From: Podarcis cretensis
Taxonomy: Eukaryota
Assembly (NCBI GenBank): GCA_951804945.1
Contig: OX638160.1
Coordinates: 12,710,001-12,774,000, forward strand
Direction: 5' to 3'
DNA: 64,000 nt
Part shown: piece after piece, positions 35,801 to 48,194 of the stretch
Numbering within the stretch: position 1 is the stretch's first letter
How the letters are laid out: every line of letters starts with the position of its first letter
Made by a program: the position numbers and the translations under genes
The notes under the pieces: model-generated
Database searches by the model: none
Seen by the model: only the letters and a program-made list of their open reading frames with translations
Told to the model about the DNA's origin: nothing

Positions 35801-36821
35801 AGTAACTGAAGCATACGTACAGTAGGTACACAGGGTGTACAGTCTTCTTGTATACTGTTTTTGGTCTTGGACTGTTCATAAAGTTGTAAAATAGATGAAT
35901 AAATAAATATCAAACCTCTACCCATGAATATTTCTGAAAGACAATACATAAGATTAGAACCCTAGACCACTTATCTAGAAGTAAGTCCAATTCATCTCAG
36001 TAGGACTTGCTTCTGAGTAGAAATGCATAGAATTGTGACAGTGGTGATAAAAATCTTGACTTCTTTGTACATTAATTAATCCCTTTGTTCGCCTATGAAA
36101 TTACATACCTTCTTAAGTTATGCCTCCGAACAGACTTAGTCCAGTACAATTCAATACTCATATTTGTGGATACTGCTGTTCCTTAAATAAGTGACAATTC
36201 GGTTCAAAAATTGTGCTCTGTTTGCCCATTTTGTCTGTCACATTGTCAGTTTTGTTTCAGGCCCTTCCCTCCTGCAGATCTGCCATCATAAGCAATGAGG
36301 GCACATAGAACTGCAAATCTTTGCTGTTTTGAAAATGGCAGAAAACTGGCGGATCAAAAGTTTAGCCTAGAGGCTGCTGTCAGTTTTCTCAAGGAAATAA
36401 CTTCATACACTTTCCTGCAACCTATAGGATGGATGTTGCAGTAGAAGAGTCCAAATACTGACAGCAAACTTTGTTGTAAACAAAAGAACTACATGCTCCG
36501 CCCCCTGTCCAAGCAGGGTAAATGGAATTTGTATAGTTAATACTAGGGCAAAAAAGTGAGAAGGCCATTTAATGCGTGTTTTCAAGCAACTGCTTAGTAC
36601 ATGCACAGTAGTGAAATAATAGCACAGCTTTGTTTCCAATTTTTGAATAAATATTTGTTTGTGAAGTGGTGGCTTTACTATAGTGATGGCACAATTGAAG
36701 GTGGTAGTCATTCCAGATCAATTAATCCAGAATTAGAATGTGCTGTTAGGAGCATATGATTACTATTTTACATCTTTTCTGTTTCCGGAAAATGTATTAA
36801 GCCATCTTTACTAGCTACTAT

Positions 36822-37191
36822 GGGACGCAGGTGGCGCTGTGGGTTAAATCACAGAGCCTAGGACTAGTTGATCAGAAGGTCGGTGGTTCGAATCTCCGTG
36901 ACGGGGTGAGCTCCTGTTGCTTGGTCCCTGCTCCTGCCAACCTAGCAGTTCGAAAGCATGTCAAAGTGCAAGTAGATAAATAGGTCAAAGTGCAAGTAGA
37001 TAAATACCTTCTGGCAGGAAGGTAAACGGTGTTTCCGTGCGCTGCTCTGGTTCACCAGAAGCGGCTTAGTCATGTTGGCCACATGACCCGGAAGCTGTAC
37101 GCTGGCTCCCTCGGCCAATAAAGTGAGATGAGCGCTGCAACTTCAGAGTCAGCCATAACTGGACCTAATGGTCAGGGGTCCCTTTACCTTT
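36822..37191 (+). mobile_element. Sauria SINE
   Basis: gggacgcaggtggcgctgtggg start, ggttcgaatc B-box, cctttacctt tail, TSD TTTACT(A/G)GCTACTAT (36807-36821, 37192-37206). Confidence 0.92.
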
Positions 37192-37368
37192 TTTACTGGC
37201 TACTATAAGAAATTCCTCTTAAACTGATAAATTGTTTATGTGGAGAAGTAGAGGAGGACTTACTGTATTATTTGTTTGTATGCACCATTTGTGAAGATAT
37301 AAGATTTAGATACTTTGAATCTCTTCTTTCTGGGAAGGAATATTAGTTCAGTCAGCAAAAAGGATATT

Positions 37369-37395
37369 TACTTACTTACTTACTTACTTACTTAC
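37369..37395. repeat. (ACTT)n microsatellite
   Basis: Directly visible. Confidence 0.9.
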
Positions 37396-40300
37396 ACACC
37401 AGATTACGAAACTACCAAAACAAGCCAAAAACCATTCATTGTTGATAACACAGACATACTGATATTGGTAAATCACTGGTAGTGTGATTTTTAAAATAAA
37501 ATAAAATAAAATATAAAAAGTGCCCCAATTCAATTCACATTGAACCACTTGATGAATTATAATTAGCAGTCTCCCTTTGATGTTATTTGTTCAAGGATGG
37601 CTACCAGATACAGTTGGTTGAAGAGGTTGAAAAGTGCCCCCATTGGTCTTTGGATATTGGCATTTCTGATGTCAAGTTTGGTCCATGTATTGTTTTGTTA
37701 TTTCTAGAATGCAGAAATAAGACTGTTGGTTTTGTTGCAACAGACTAATACACCTTTCTCTCTCTAGACACAAATGAAAATGTTGCTTTTGCATTTACAG
37801 TGGTAAGAGTACATTAAAAAAATGTTATTGGCACATGTAGTTTGTACTAATAATATTTACTGTTTATGTTTGTATATGCCTTTACAAATAAACATGTTTC
37901 TGTTTTGCATTATGACACTAGAACACACTTAAGTCATTTTTCACTTCCAGACACTGGCCTATAATACAAACTTGACAAAGAGTTATAACAGTGGCGGCAA
38001 TTGATGTTGAGAAGGTAAACACTGTAACACACTCCAGTCATTATTAGCAACAATATAAGTAGTGGTAGTAGCTGACAATTAATCACTACTGGTCCAGTTT
38101 CTTCTGTTAATAACTTCAGTGAAGAAATATATCCAGCCTTTGGTTTCCACCAAAGGCAATTTTAGTACCTGAGATATATGCTCACTAAGCTAGAAGAACA
38201 TCTCAGCTAGTGTGGCTAAATGTGTATGGGCTCCTGCATGGGCCTGAAGAAGTGAACATCTGCCACTACTGGAGGTATTGCTATGAACAGAAGACTGCCT
38301 TCCGATAAATGGGCATCATGAAGTTTTATAGAGTTGTAACCTCATTGCCTAGTAATTCCATAGACGTCTCTTTGCTGCCTTCACACTGCTCAGATTAAAT
38401 AATAGCTTTATTGTAATTGCAGTTCTTATCTTCTAATCTCCTTTTGCTCCAAAAGCTCACATTTATTGGCATTGCCATTCGTTAAAGGGCTTGGATCTAA
38501 AAGTGCCTTATGCATTTGTGCTGATTCTAGGTGTGCCCCCTGGAATCCCACCATATGACTGTGCATTTCAGTCATAATAATTGTTGACAGCCCTAAGTGT
38601 TGAGAGGAAGAAAGTACACTATCTGCCAGCATCAGATCTGCATTCAGATCTGTCATTTCATGTTGTGGGACAGTAAACCACATATATACAGGATCAGGCT
38701 TGGAGTCAGAAGGGAAGCTTGGTTTAAATATTGCAACATCGGCCAGGTTTGTGTGATACCACAGGATCAGTTATTATTTGGATGAAGTAGTCCATGCACC
38801 TCCAAAGGCATTATTGTAGAACCTCTAGGTAAGACATCATGTGACAATGACTTTTGAAGCTACAGTTCCTTTTGTGTGTGGTTTTGCAGTTATTATTTCT
38901 CACATTTCCCCCAGTAGGGAGGATTAGAAGAAAGATGAACTTGATTTCTCTGCAGAATCCCTATCACATCTGTTTGCTTTTGCTGGGGATTTTCTTGTGA
39001 GGCCTGTTGGAATAGTATTGACCCAAAGATCAACACTTAGGAAGACACAGGTTTAGGTATATTTGACACAAAACATCTTCAGGTTTGAACTATATCTTGA
39101 GCCACAGACATGTGGAATCACTAGACAACAGTGAGACCTAAACAAAAATGTCCAAACTTGGGGGGGGGGGGGGACTTCCCAGACCACTCATTTTGACTCT
39201 TGAGTATTTACTACACAAGTGGGACCCACTATAAAATGTTGCAGTGAATGTTCACATTCCAACAAAAGAACCTTTCTTCAGTGTCTTTCAAATGATGCCC
39301 CCAAGCACAATGCTCAAATCTATTTCTCCTCTGATTTTATTTTGGACACAAAATATTCCACATATTTTGGTGGTCCCCCCCTCATGTTTAGCTTTTTATG
39401 AAACTTTTCTTACAAACCTTGCAGTTCCCTCAGACATGTGACCGCATTTCAGCTATATGCCTGTTGACACTCACCACCTGAGTTTGCTGTAACAGGAGTG
39501 AAGCCATTTAATGAAGAGGCATTTTCAAAAAAAATACATATATGTTCATAAGGGGTGTGTGTGTTTTTAGAATAGTATTCAGTATTCTTGGCTGACTCAT
39601 GACACTGGGATAAGAGGAACAGAGAGTACATTGCTAGCATAATTATAGCTGCCTTTCCTTACAAAGACAAACACGAAGTCCAAATCTTAAGGAAATTGTG
39701 GGAGTCTTCTCACTAGGTACCAGGAGCTCCTCATCAAAACCTAGAATTACATACTGAAAATCAAGGTGCTCCATGCATGGAACCAGGAGCATCCCAAGCC
39801 TATGCAACTGACACAGAATGGCAGCAAAAACCCATCCCTTCAAATGTGGACATGCCACAATCCTATGTAAAGCAAGGTTAGGATGTAGGATGGGGTAGGC
39901 ATGGAATCCCCCCCACTAGCCACTCTAACCCTCTTAGATCATCCCCCCAAGTCCTCCCCACCCCTACAGCCAGATTCTGTTAACTTGGGGTGAACTCGCC
40001 TAGGAAAAAAGCACATAGAAGGAAGGCAGAGAAAAAATACATAATCAGAGAATGTTGACCCATATCAGTCCTATTCAGATACAAACAGGCAGGTGTCAGT
40101 GCACTAGATGCACAGTTGCCACCTATTTGTAGCATACAGTCTGCAAATCGTCCCTCATGCTTGTGTTTCTTTTGCAGAGCTATCTATTTTCCAATACAGA
40201 TATATTGCACAATTGTAAAAAAGTGGTGTCCCCCCATCTGTAGAAAGAGGAACACAAGATTTGAGCAAAAACTTCCATATTTTATCAGCAGAAAAACAGC

Positions 40301-40834
40301 AGCTTTTTAGGCATGTTCTTATGGGGAAATGGGAAACCCACCAAGTTGCAAGAGCTTGTCTCCATTACAGCTGTCCTGCCTCTCATGTAACACAAGCAAA
40401 GGGTCTTACATGTAGGTAAGAAAGAGATTTTTATTCAGGCAGGCAAGTAGCAGTAGAGGCTTGGCATTGGACATACAGTTCAGGAGTCACAACTCAGGAG
40501 TTCAGGAATTGGACATATTCAGAACTGGATTGGCACAACTGATCTCCTAACAGCTCCTGCCAAACTTTTAAAGATGAGGTGTGATGTGCTCAGTTGCCAG
40601 ATTCACTCACAAGAATGTCAGGATTGCAAATGCACACTCCTCTGTTGCGGGTAGCACCTGTTTCTAAACAACAATGCTGTACTGCACTCACTCATCCAGG
40701 CTCTTGATCAGTCCATGCTATCTCCAAGTATGTTCTACTCAGAGTAGACCCACTAAAATAAATGAACCTAAGTTAAGCACATCATTAATTTCAGTGGGTT
40801 TACTCTGAGTGGGACTAGCACTGATTACAACCCA

Positions 40835-41325
40835 CTGTTCTATTCTGCTTTGGTCAGACCTTACCAGAAATACTATGTCCAGTCCTTGGCATCATAGTTT
40901 AAGGATATCAGAAAACTGCAAAGTTTTCAGTGGAGGACAACAAAGAGGGTGAGGAGCCAAAAGACCAACTCCTGTGAAGAATAGTTGAAGGAGTTGAATA
41001 TGTGTAGCCTGGAGATTATTAAGAGATGGTGTGATAGGGCTTCAATATTTGAAGGGCTGTCAGATGATAGAGCAAATTTATTTTCTCTTACTCCAGATGA
41101 TAGGGCAAACCCATGGGTTCAAAATACAAGCAAAAAGAATTTAGTCAAAACCTTAGAAAGAAGTTCCTGATAGTAGAAGCTGTTCAACAGCGGTGGGTTC
41201 CCTTTCATCACAGGTTTTAAAGCAGAGGGTATACAGCCACCCAACAAGAATCCTGTAATAGTGGGGCTTCCTGCATTGGACAGGGGTTGGATCTCTGAAG
41301 TCACTTCAAATTCTATGATTCTATA
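40835..41325 (+). mobile_element. CR1 LINE 3' portion
   Basis: YSALVRP..YYVQ-like coding remnant, ending in aattctatgattctat. Confidence 0.8.
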
Positions 41326-41409
41326 AATTGATTGAGTGTCCTCAAAATTATGGTCAGAATTGTTGCCAATCCTAGCAGTATGGCCAAAGTGTAGTATTTT
41401 GCGTTTATT

Positions 41410-41845
41410 CTTTTCTTTTAAAAATTTTATTTGTAATTTTCATTATTACCATTTCCAAAATCACACACACATTCAAGCATACATTTCCACCATTGATATA
41501 TTTCTTTTAATAAAAACATTCAATGGCTTCCCCTCTTCCCCTTCCCTGGTTCCCTTAATTTCCCTGCCATTCCTGCATATTCTTATATATCCATTTAGAT
41601 CACTTTCTCCCCTCATTCTTCGATGCTGATGCTGATGATTATGTTGTTGATGATGTATATTATACTGTGGAATTTACCTTAATGCTGCTAGCATTTTCAC
41701 TTGTTTACAGTTATTTTCCAAATGCTCCACAAAGTTTTTCCACTCCTCCAAATACTCCACAAAGTTTTTCCACTCCTTTTTATATACTTGATTTATTGCT
41801 CTCTTATTTTACTTGTTAGACTGGCTAACTCGGCATATGTATTTT
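41410..41845 (-). mobile_element. L1-clade 3' end fragment with a 30-bp tandem duplication (41717-41776)
   Basis: Minus strand YAELASLTSKIRE...KKEWKNFVEYL, similar to the other L1 ORF2 ends; T-rich tail. Confidence 0.7.
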
Positions 41846-43269
41846 GCATTTATTCTTATCTAAATGCGCTGCTTCTTGCCAATAGCACGAATGGAAATTG
41901 CATGAACTAATTGTATGAACTAATCCTTGAATCTTGTGATGGGAATTTACTTTTAGAAACACACTCCTGCACGTGGCCTTTGTGCGATATATGTATATAT
42001 CTCCTATATTTGCTGCTTTGCAGACCTTCGGGGTGAGGGGGAAGACCGAGTATGCAGATTTTGTTTATAAGCCCAAACAAAGCCCTAAGTGTTTGCTACA
42101 GTAACCATTATACCCTGCATGGTGCTGAGTACTTAGACACAAGACAACACAAGAAGCCAAGTATGAACGCTTTATCCTTGTATTCAATAATTCAGTAAAC
42201 CCGGCCAGAGGATTTCTCACCAGCTCTTTATTGCAATTCAGCCCAACACTTTCCCCCCTGAAAAGCCATAGGTTTAATAAACACACAGGGCTTACCCTTG
42301 AGCTCAGCATGGATCTTCAGTAAGTACTTTATGACAGATTTGCCACTTTTTTTAAAAAAAGAAGTAGCAGAAATCCCAATTGTTGGAGCTGATACTTATA
42401 TCAAAGCTCCTCACCTCTAGGGTTTTATGTGCAACCTCTCAACTCCCAGCCTTGGAAATTGGGGACTGAACACATCAGAAGTGCAGAGAGAGGGATGAAA
42501 AGACAGCTTTCTCCTAAAGAAACTAATCATGCCATTCTATTTAGTTTGTTTATTTTGAGGTTTGTTTGTGTGTGTTTTTTAAAAAAAGCAAAGCAGAAAG
42601 AAAACAGCTTTTATTAATAAAAAATAATCTAATATTAGCTATTTTTATCACACTTTCCTTTAATCACAGACAAAAAGCCTATAGAAAATAATCTTACTTT
42701 TTAATGAAAAAGTTATGCATACATGATGCCAGTTTTCATGGGAAGATACTCACTGTTTGGTGCCAGGAGGCAGGTTTTGTACCAGGGATATGAGCCCAGG
42801 AATGTTGGGTGACTGCTATCTAAAATCTACATTTTATTATTGGCAACATTAATTTACCTAACATTAAACCCCATGGATCCTATTCAGGCTTGCTTACTTT
42901 TAAGTAGACATATATACTGTAAGTGAACTGCAAATATACTATAAAAGAATGTTTGGAACAGGAAAATAGTACTCCATGTTGTTGTTGTTGTTTTAATTTA
43001 TTACCCTTCATTCTAAGGTTCCAGAGTGGGTTACAACAATTAAAACACACTATTAAAAACAGTTTAAAATAACTTACATTCACAAAAACAAACACATTGT
43101 TTGAAATAGAATGTATTCATTCATATTCATGCCAATAAGTGTTTCACCTGCATATCTATCTGTATGCTAAATAGACATTAAAGGCATGGAAGCCTTACGT
43201 TTGACATTTACAAAACATACAACCTCTTAAAACGTAAGAACTCCTTTTAAAAGAACCCTTTCCTTACAG

Positions 43270-43474
43270 CAGAGCTTTCCAAACTGTGTGTCGCAACAAG
43301 TTAGTGTGCTGGCTGCAGTGTGTAGGTGTGTCGCACAAACGCTCCCCGTGCTCCTCCCAGGGCTGGAAAGGGGTTAGTTTAACCTCTGGTTTGCTAGTAA
43401 AACTGGATTACTGTGTCGCAAAATGATGCATCTCTCAAAAGTGGGTCACCAACATGAAAAGTTTGGAAAGCTCT
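43270..43474. mobile_element. hAT-Charlie-like MITE
   Basis: TIRs cagagctttccaaact / agtttggaaagctct. Confidence 0.75.
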
Positions 43475-43883
43475 TAGAGTCTTGAAAATTTGCCACTGTA
43501 CTTTCTCCAATCATTTACCCTCTTACAGAGCTATCCTGAACCCTGAGAACTGTGTTGGGGTTGGATACAATGGAAGCGTCCCTCCACTAGACTCTGCCAG
43601 CAGGGCCCCCACTACTGCACAACCACTGCTTAGGGCACAATACTATGTCACACTTACACCAGCTAAGCAGCATTATGAAGCGGTATGTCATTCTGCCTAC
43701 ACTGATAAAGCTGGATGCTCTGCTGGCAAAGCAGGCAAAGAGAGGGAGGACATGAGTGTGGTGTAGTGATGCCACATCTTAAAGTCCTGCATTACTTCAT
43801 AAACACCCACAATGGCAGGAAATCCAGTCAAAGGTACATCTCTCAGCAGAGCCAATGAAGGGAACCTTCTTTCCATCTAGATA

Positions 43884-44228
43884 AAAAGGTAAAGGGACCC
43901 CTGACCGTTAGGTCCAGTCGCAGACGACTCTGGGGTTGCAGCGCTCATCTGGCTTTATTGGCCGAGGGAGCAGGCATACAGCTTCCGGGTCATGTGGCCA
44001 GCATGACTAAGCCACTTCTGGCGAACCAGAGCAGCGCACGGAAACGCCGTTTACCTTCCTGCTGGAGCAGTACCTATTTATCTACTTGCACTGCGTGCTT
44101 TCGAACTGCTAGGTTGGCAGGAGCAGGGACTGAGCAATGGGAGCTCACTCCGTCATGGAGATTCGAACCTTTTGATTGGCAAGCCTAAGCGGCACAGTGG
44201 TTTAACCCACAGCACCACCCACATCCGA
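43884..44228 (-). mobile_element. Sauria SINE (minus strand)
   Basis: aaaggtaaagg tail; reverse complement of the other copies; exact 14-bp TSD TTTCCATCTAGATA (43870-43883, 44229-44242). Confidence 0.92.
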
Positions 44229-46607
44229 TTTCCATCTAGATAGGTCAATAAAATTGCATGAAAACTAAGCAACAAAGGGTTTCTCCTTCTGAAATCATAA
44301 TAACAAGGTTCAGGCATAATAGTCAGCCTGGAATAGATGTCAGAGCAGGGAAATCTACCTACCGACCTGCCTCTTTTAGGGAAAATAGATGATAGATTCA
44401 TCATCAGTTGTAAATACTCATGTGTTTTACCTATGGGGTGGACCACACAGGTGTAATATATTTTCCTAAACAAATATGGTCTCTTTTTAGGTAATAGTGT
44501 ATGCATCATCACTCACAACTGTCACTGAATATGTTTAGCTATGAGTATACAGCTGGGCAGACATTATTATTATTTTTATATAAGAAAAATCACACATGGA
44601 AGCTTCCTCTAATTAAAAAAAAAAACCTATGGGATTATTCATCATTCAGTGATTTTTCTATAACCAAGATACAAGGATCCTTTCTTTGGAGTGTTATAAT
44701 AAAAACATATGAAAATACTAAGTGGCCTTTAATGCTTCTTGTTTCTCTGCTTCTCTGCCCCTTTTCACCACCCCATAGCATGTGAAATGGCCCTTAGGGC
44801 ACATACCTTCACTCCTATATTTTATAATTTTGCTTCAAGGACTGTCAAACAGGGATACTAAGATCCCACTTCGTGGGATACACTGGAGTGATAAAAACCT
44901 ACAGAAGTATTTAGCCATTATAGAATTGTATTTTATGAACTTTTAATATATGTTGTATGCTGCTGCTAATTTTCAAGCTCTGAGAAGTTTTGCTTCCCCT
45001 CAAATGCATATGGTTCTGTTATACATCTCACCTGAGGCATTGTAAACCTCACAGAGGCACCTCTGTCTGTCTCTTACTTGGAATGTAACTTAATGATTCA
45101 CTGTCTTGCTTTGACTAACATGTCAGCTCAGGGAATGTGCCTCTCATGATGGCAAGAATGGTTTAACCTCTTAGGAACAGCAAATATCCTAACTCCTATG
45201 TCACACAATCTACCCAAATGAGAGGAAGATATCTGGCCATTGCATCTCCACAGATCCTTTACCTCCACACAACAGCTGTCATTTCTTACTGCAGAAACAG
45301 TCATTTAGGGGCTGGTTTGAGGGGGAAATAGTATTCATTAACAGAATGAATTCGGTACATGATTTCAGTATGCTGAACTCTAGTAGTCCTTCATGGAGAC
45401 TTTTCCCAGAAAGCTGCACAGTTGCATTCCATCACCTATCCTTGAAATGTGTGGCTTATGTTGAGTTTCAATAGTTTTAACATATCTATAATGAGAGGCA
45501 TGCACTTTCTAGCTTTCACTGAGGCTCTGGGTGTACACGTCTCTTTCCCCCTACACTAACCAGTAAAAAGGGGAGGGGGTAAACATTTTTTGCTCTTCCT
45601 CCTTCAGAGCTCTGGATCCATTACAATCCTTTGACTTGACAGATGGAGACTGGCTTCTACAATGTTCTCTGATCATTTTACCAGAATCTGTTTGAGTCTT
45701 CCAGCTAATGCCATTTATACATCCACTCTGTACATGCTTCTGTACCAGTTTTCTGACTATCTTGGTATTTTTCGTACATGGCTCCTGCCATAAGCAGGTC
45801 ATTCTTATTTTCATTTATGAAACAAGCCTAAGGGTTGTTTGTGAATGATCTCTGCTGCAAATAAAATATTCACGGTTCTCTATTTTTAGTACCCTTTGGA
45901 AAATGTATTGTGCTCCCTCTGCTGTTTTGATGGGAGCACTGAACTGACCAGATGTGCTACAGGAATTCAACAGCATAGGAGGTGTAACATGAAAACCTGT
46001 GGGCCATTTGTTAAATACATCCGTTCACAAGGATAAATAAAATGAGGTGACAGATTCAGTCGTATATAACAAAAAGAAAATGCTATGAAAGTAAATCTAA
46101 AAAGAATTAGTGGAACTGGTGCATGTGTAAGTGCAAACACACACAAAAACAAATTAAAACATCAGAAGCTAACAAATAATACACAATGGGTATAATTCCA
46201 CCAAAGTGAAGCTAAGCTCCATTGTTTTTAATTGAAGATTTGAGCATGTGCTTGACTCTTTTGTTTTGAAATCATTTGGACATAAGATCTATTTAATAAT
46301 ATTTGTATAATGGCTAATTGTTAAAGCCTCTAAATTGTTTACAAAAAAACATAAAATATGTATTAAATTTATCTATAAAAGTCAGAAGTTGAATATAAGT
46401 TGGCCTAAAAATGATTCCAGAATATAAAGAAAATCAATGGTTAAAAATGAAAACTATCTATTAAAATACATGTCAGCTTTACATATCTGACTAGGCTAGC
46501 CTAAACAAAAAAGGCTTTAGGAGGCACAGGAAACAATACAATGAGGTGCCTGCCATGTGTGTGTGTAATCAATAAATAACAAATAATTGGATTGAAGTAT
46601 GGGAGCA

Positions 46608-46746
46608 CCAGGGCTTTTTTTTCCAGCCAGAACTTGCTGGAACTCAGTTCTGGTACCTTTCAGGTGGTCACCATTGCCATTATAAGAGAACATAGGAGGC
46701 GTTCATAGTGAGTTCCTGCACCTTTTTTTCAAGAAAAATAGCACTG
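46608..46746 (+). mobile_element. Short hAT-like MITE (same family as 57421-57533)
   Basis: TIRs cagggctttttttt / aaaaatagcactg; shared ggaactcagttctgg core. Confidence 0.65.
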
Positions 46747-48080
46747 GGAAGGGCTCTATAAAATGCCTTGTTTCCATAAGACTGTTCACTGGCTAGCTTA
46801 CATTTTGTAACGCATGCATAAAAGAAATTGAAACCAGAGCATATAGCCTGGCCAGTGTGGATGAGAATTATGTTCTGTGCTTCAGAAACATTGGTTTCCA
46901 AACAACTGTTCAGAAGCATTTCATTTTCCTAATATCCCAGCACCCCAGCCAAGGAAGGCACACGTACAAGCACACTTACAGCAGCTCCTAAAGTGCAATG
47001 GATACACAGCTTTCTAGGCCGCTTTCCCCAGGTCCATGCCCCACAGAGCAGTTGCAGCAACAGTGGGACCAAGCTCCTAACCACCACCTTATGTACCCTT
47101 ATCTGATGGGATGTGCACATGCAACCTGAGGCTTCTCCTACACAGAAGTCGCCGTTCTTCTCTCTTCAGGTTCTTCCTGATTCTAGGAGACAGCAGAGCA
47201 GGGGATGGCAAGGTTCTGACTGGCCCATCTGCCTGAACCACCATTTCCTCTTCCTCTGACATGTCATATGCACCCACCTCCATCTCTGACTGCTTAGTTT
47301 AGACCCTTCCTCTCCCCAACTCCTGCTTTGGCTCCTGCCTCGCAGATGGTGCCAAACCCCATAAATCACTGGGCCCCTTTCCTATAGTGAATAATTTGTG
47401 CCTATATATGCAGTTTGTGCCTATACATGGGTGGTCCCTTAATGTGTAAGACCTTGTGCAGATGTCCAGTACATGGACAACAGGGATGCCATGAGCAGGG
47501 TCAGACAGTGCAATCCTAAGTCCCAAACACATGTAGAAGATGGGCATGTGCATAGGCCAAGTCTTTCAGAAAACGAACTTTCAAAGCAGTAGTTTAAGGC
47601 AAGATAAAATAAGCATGATTTCCCTACCAAATGGCTTCCTTGGTGCAAAATCAAAATAAGAGAGGATTACAGGAACTATAAGATTGAGACTTGCAGTGAA
47701 ATATGAAAAAACACCTAATTTTGGAATGCAGAACAAATTACTTAAATGATAGCCCCAGAATTATGTTTACTGAAACCAACAGATTTTAACATGAAAACGG
47801 ACTACATATTTACATGTCCCTATACCACAGCTTTTGGCAATATCACCATGACAGTGATTCTTTTTAAAACAAGCTTCCATTGGTTTGACCTTAAGTATCC
47901 TCACAGCTGTGCAGATCACATCAAACTGCCTTTTAGGTCTTGTGCTATTCACATGAGACTGAAAGCACTTCTGACTTTAAAAGGGTCTGAGTGAAAATTG
48001 GAAGATATCATATTGGTGCTAGTTCATAGTATAATATCATCAAGGGTCCCGAATTTTTTGCTGCCCAAGAGGAATTAAAA

Positions 48081-48194
48081 CAGGGATGGGAAACCTATAG
48101 CCCTCCAACAGTTGTTGGACTCCAACCACCATTGGTCTCAGCCAGCACAGTCAATAGTGAGAAATGATGGGGGCTGCAATCTAACAACACCTGA
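48081..48194. mobile_element. Palindromic hAT-type MITE, partial
   Basis: cagggatgggaaacctatagccctcca...gttgttggactccaac. Confidence 0.6.
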
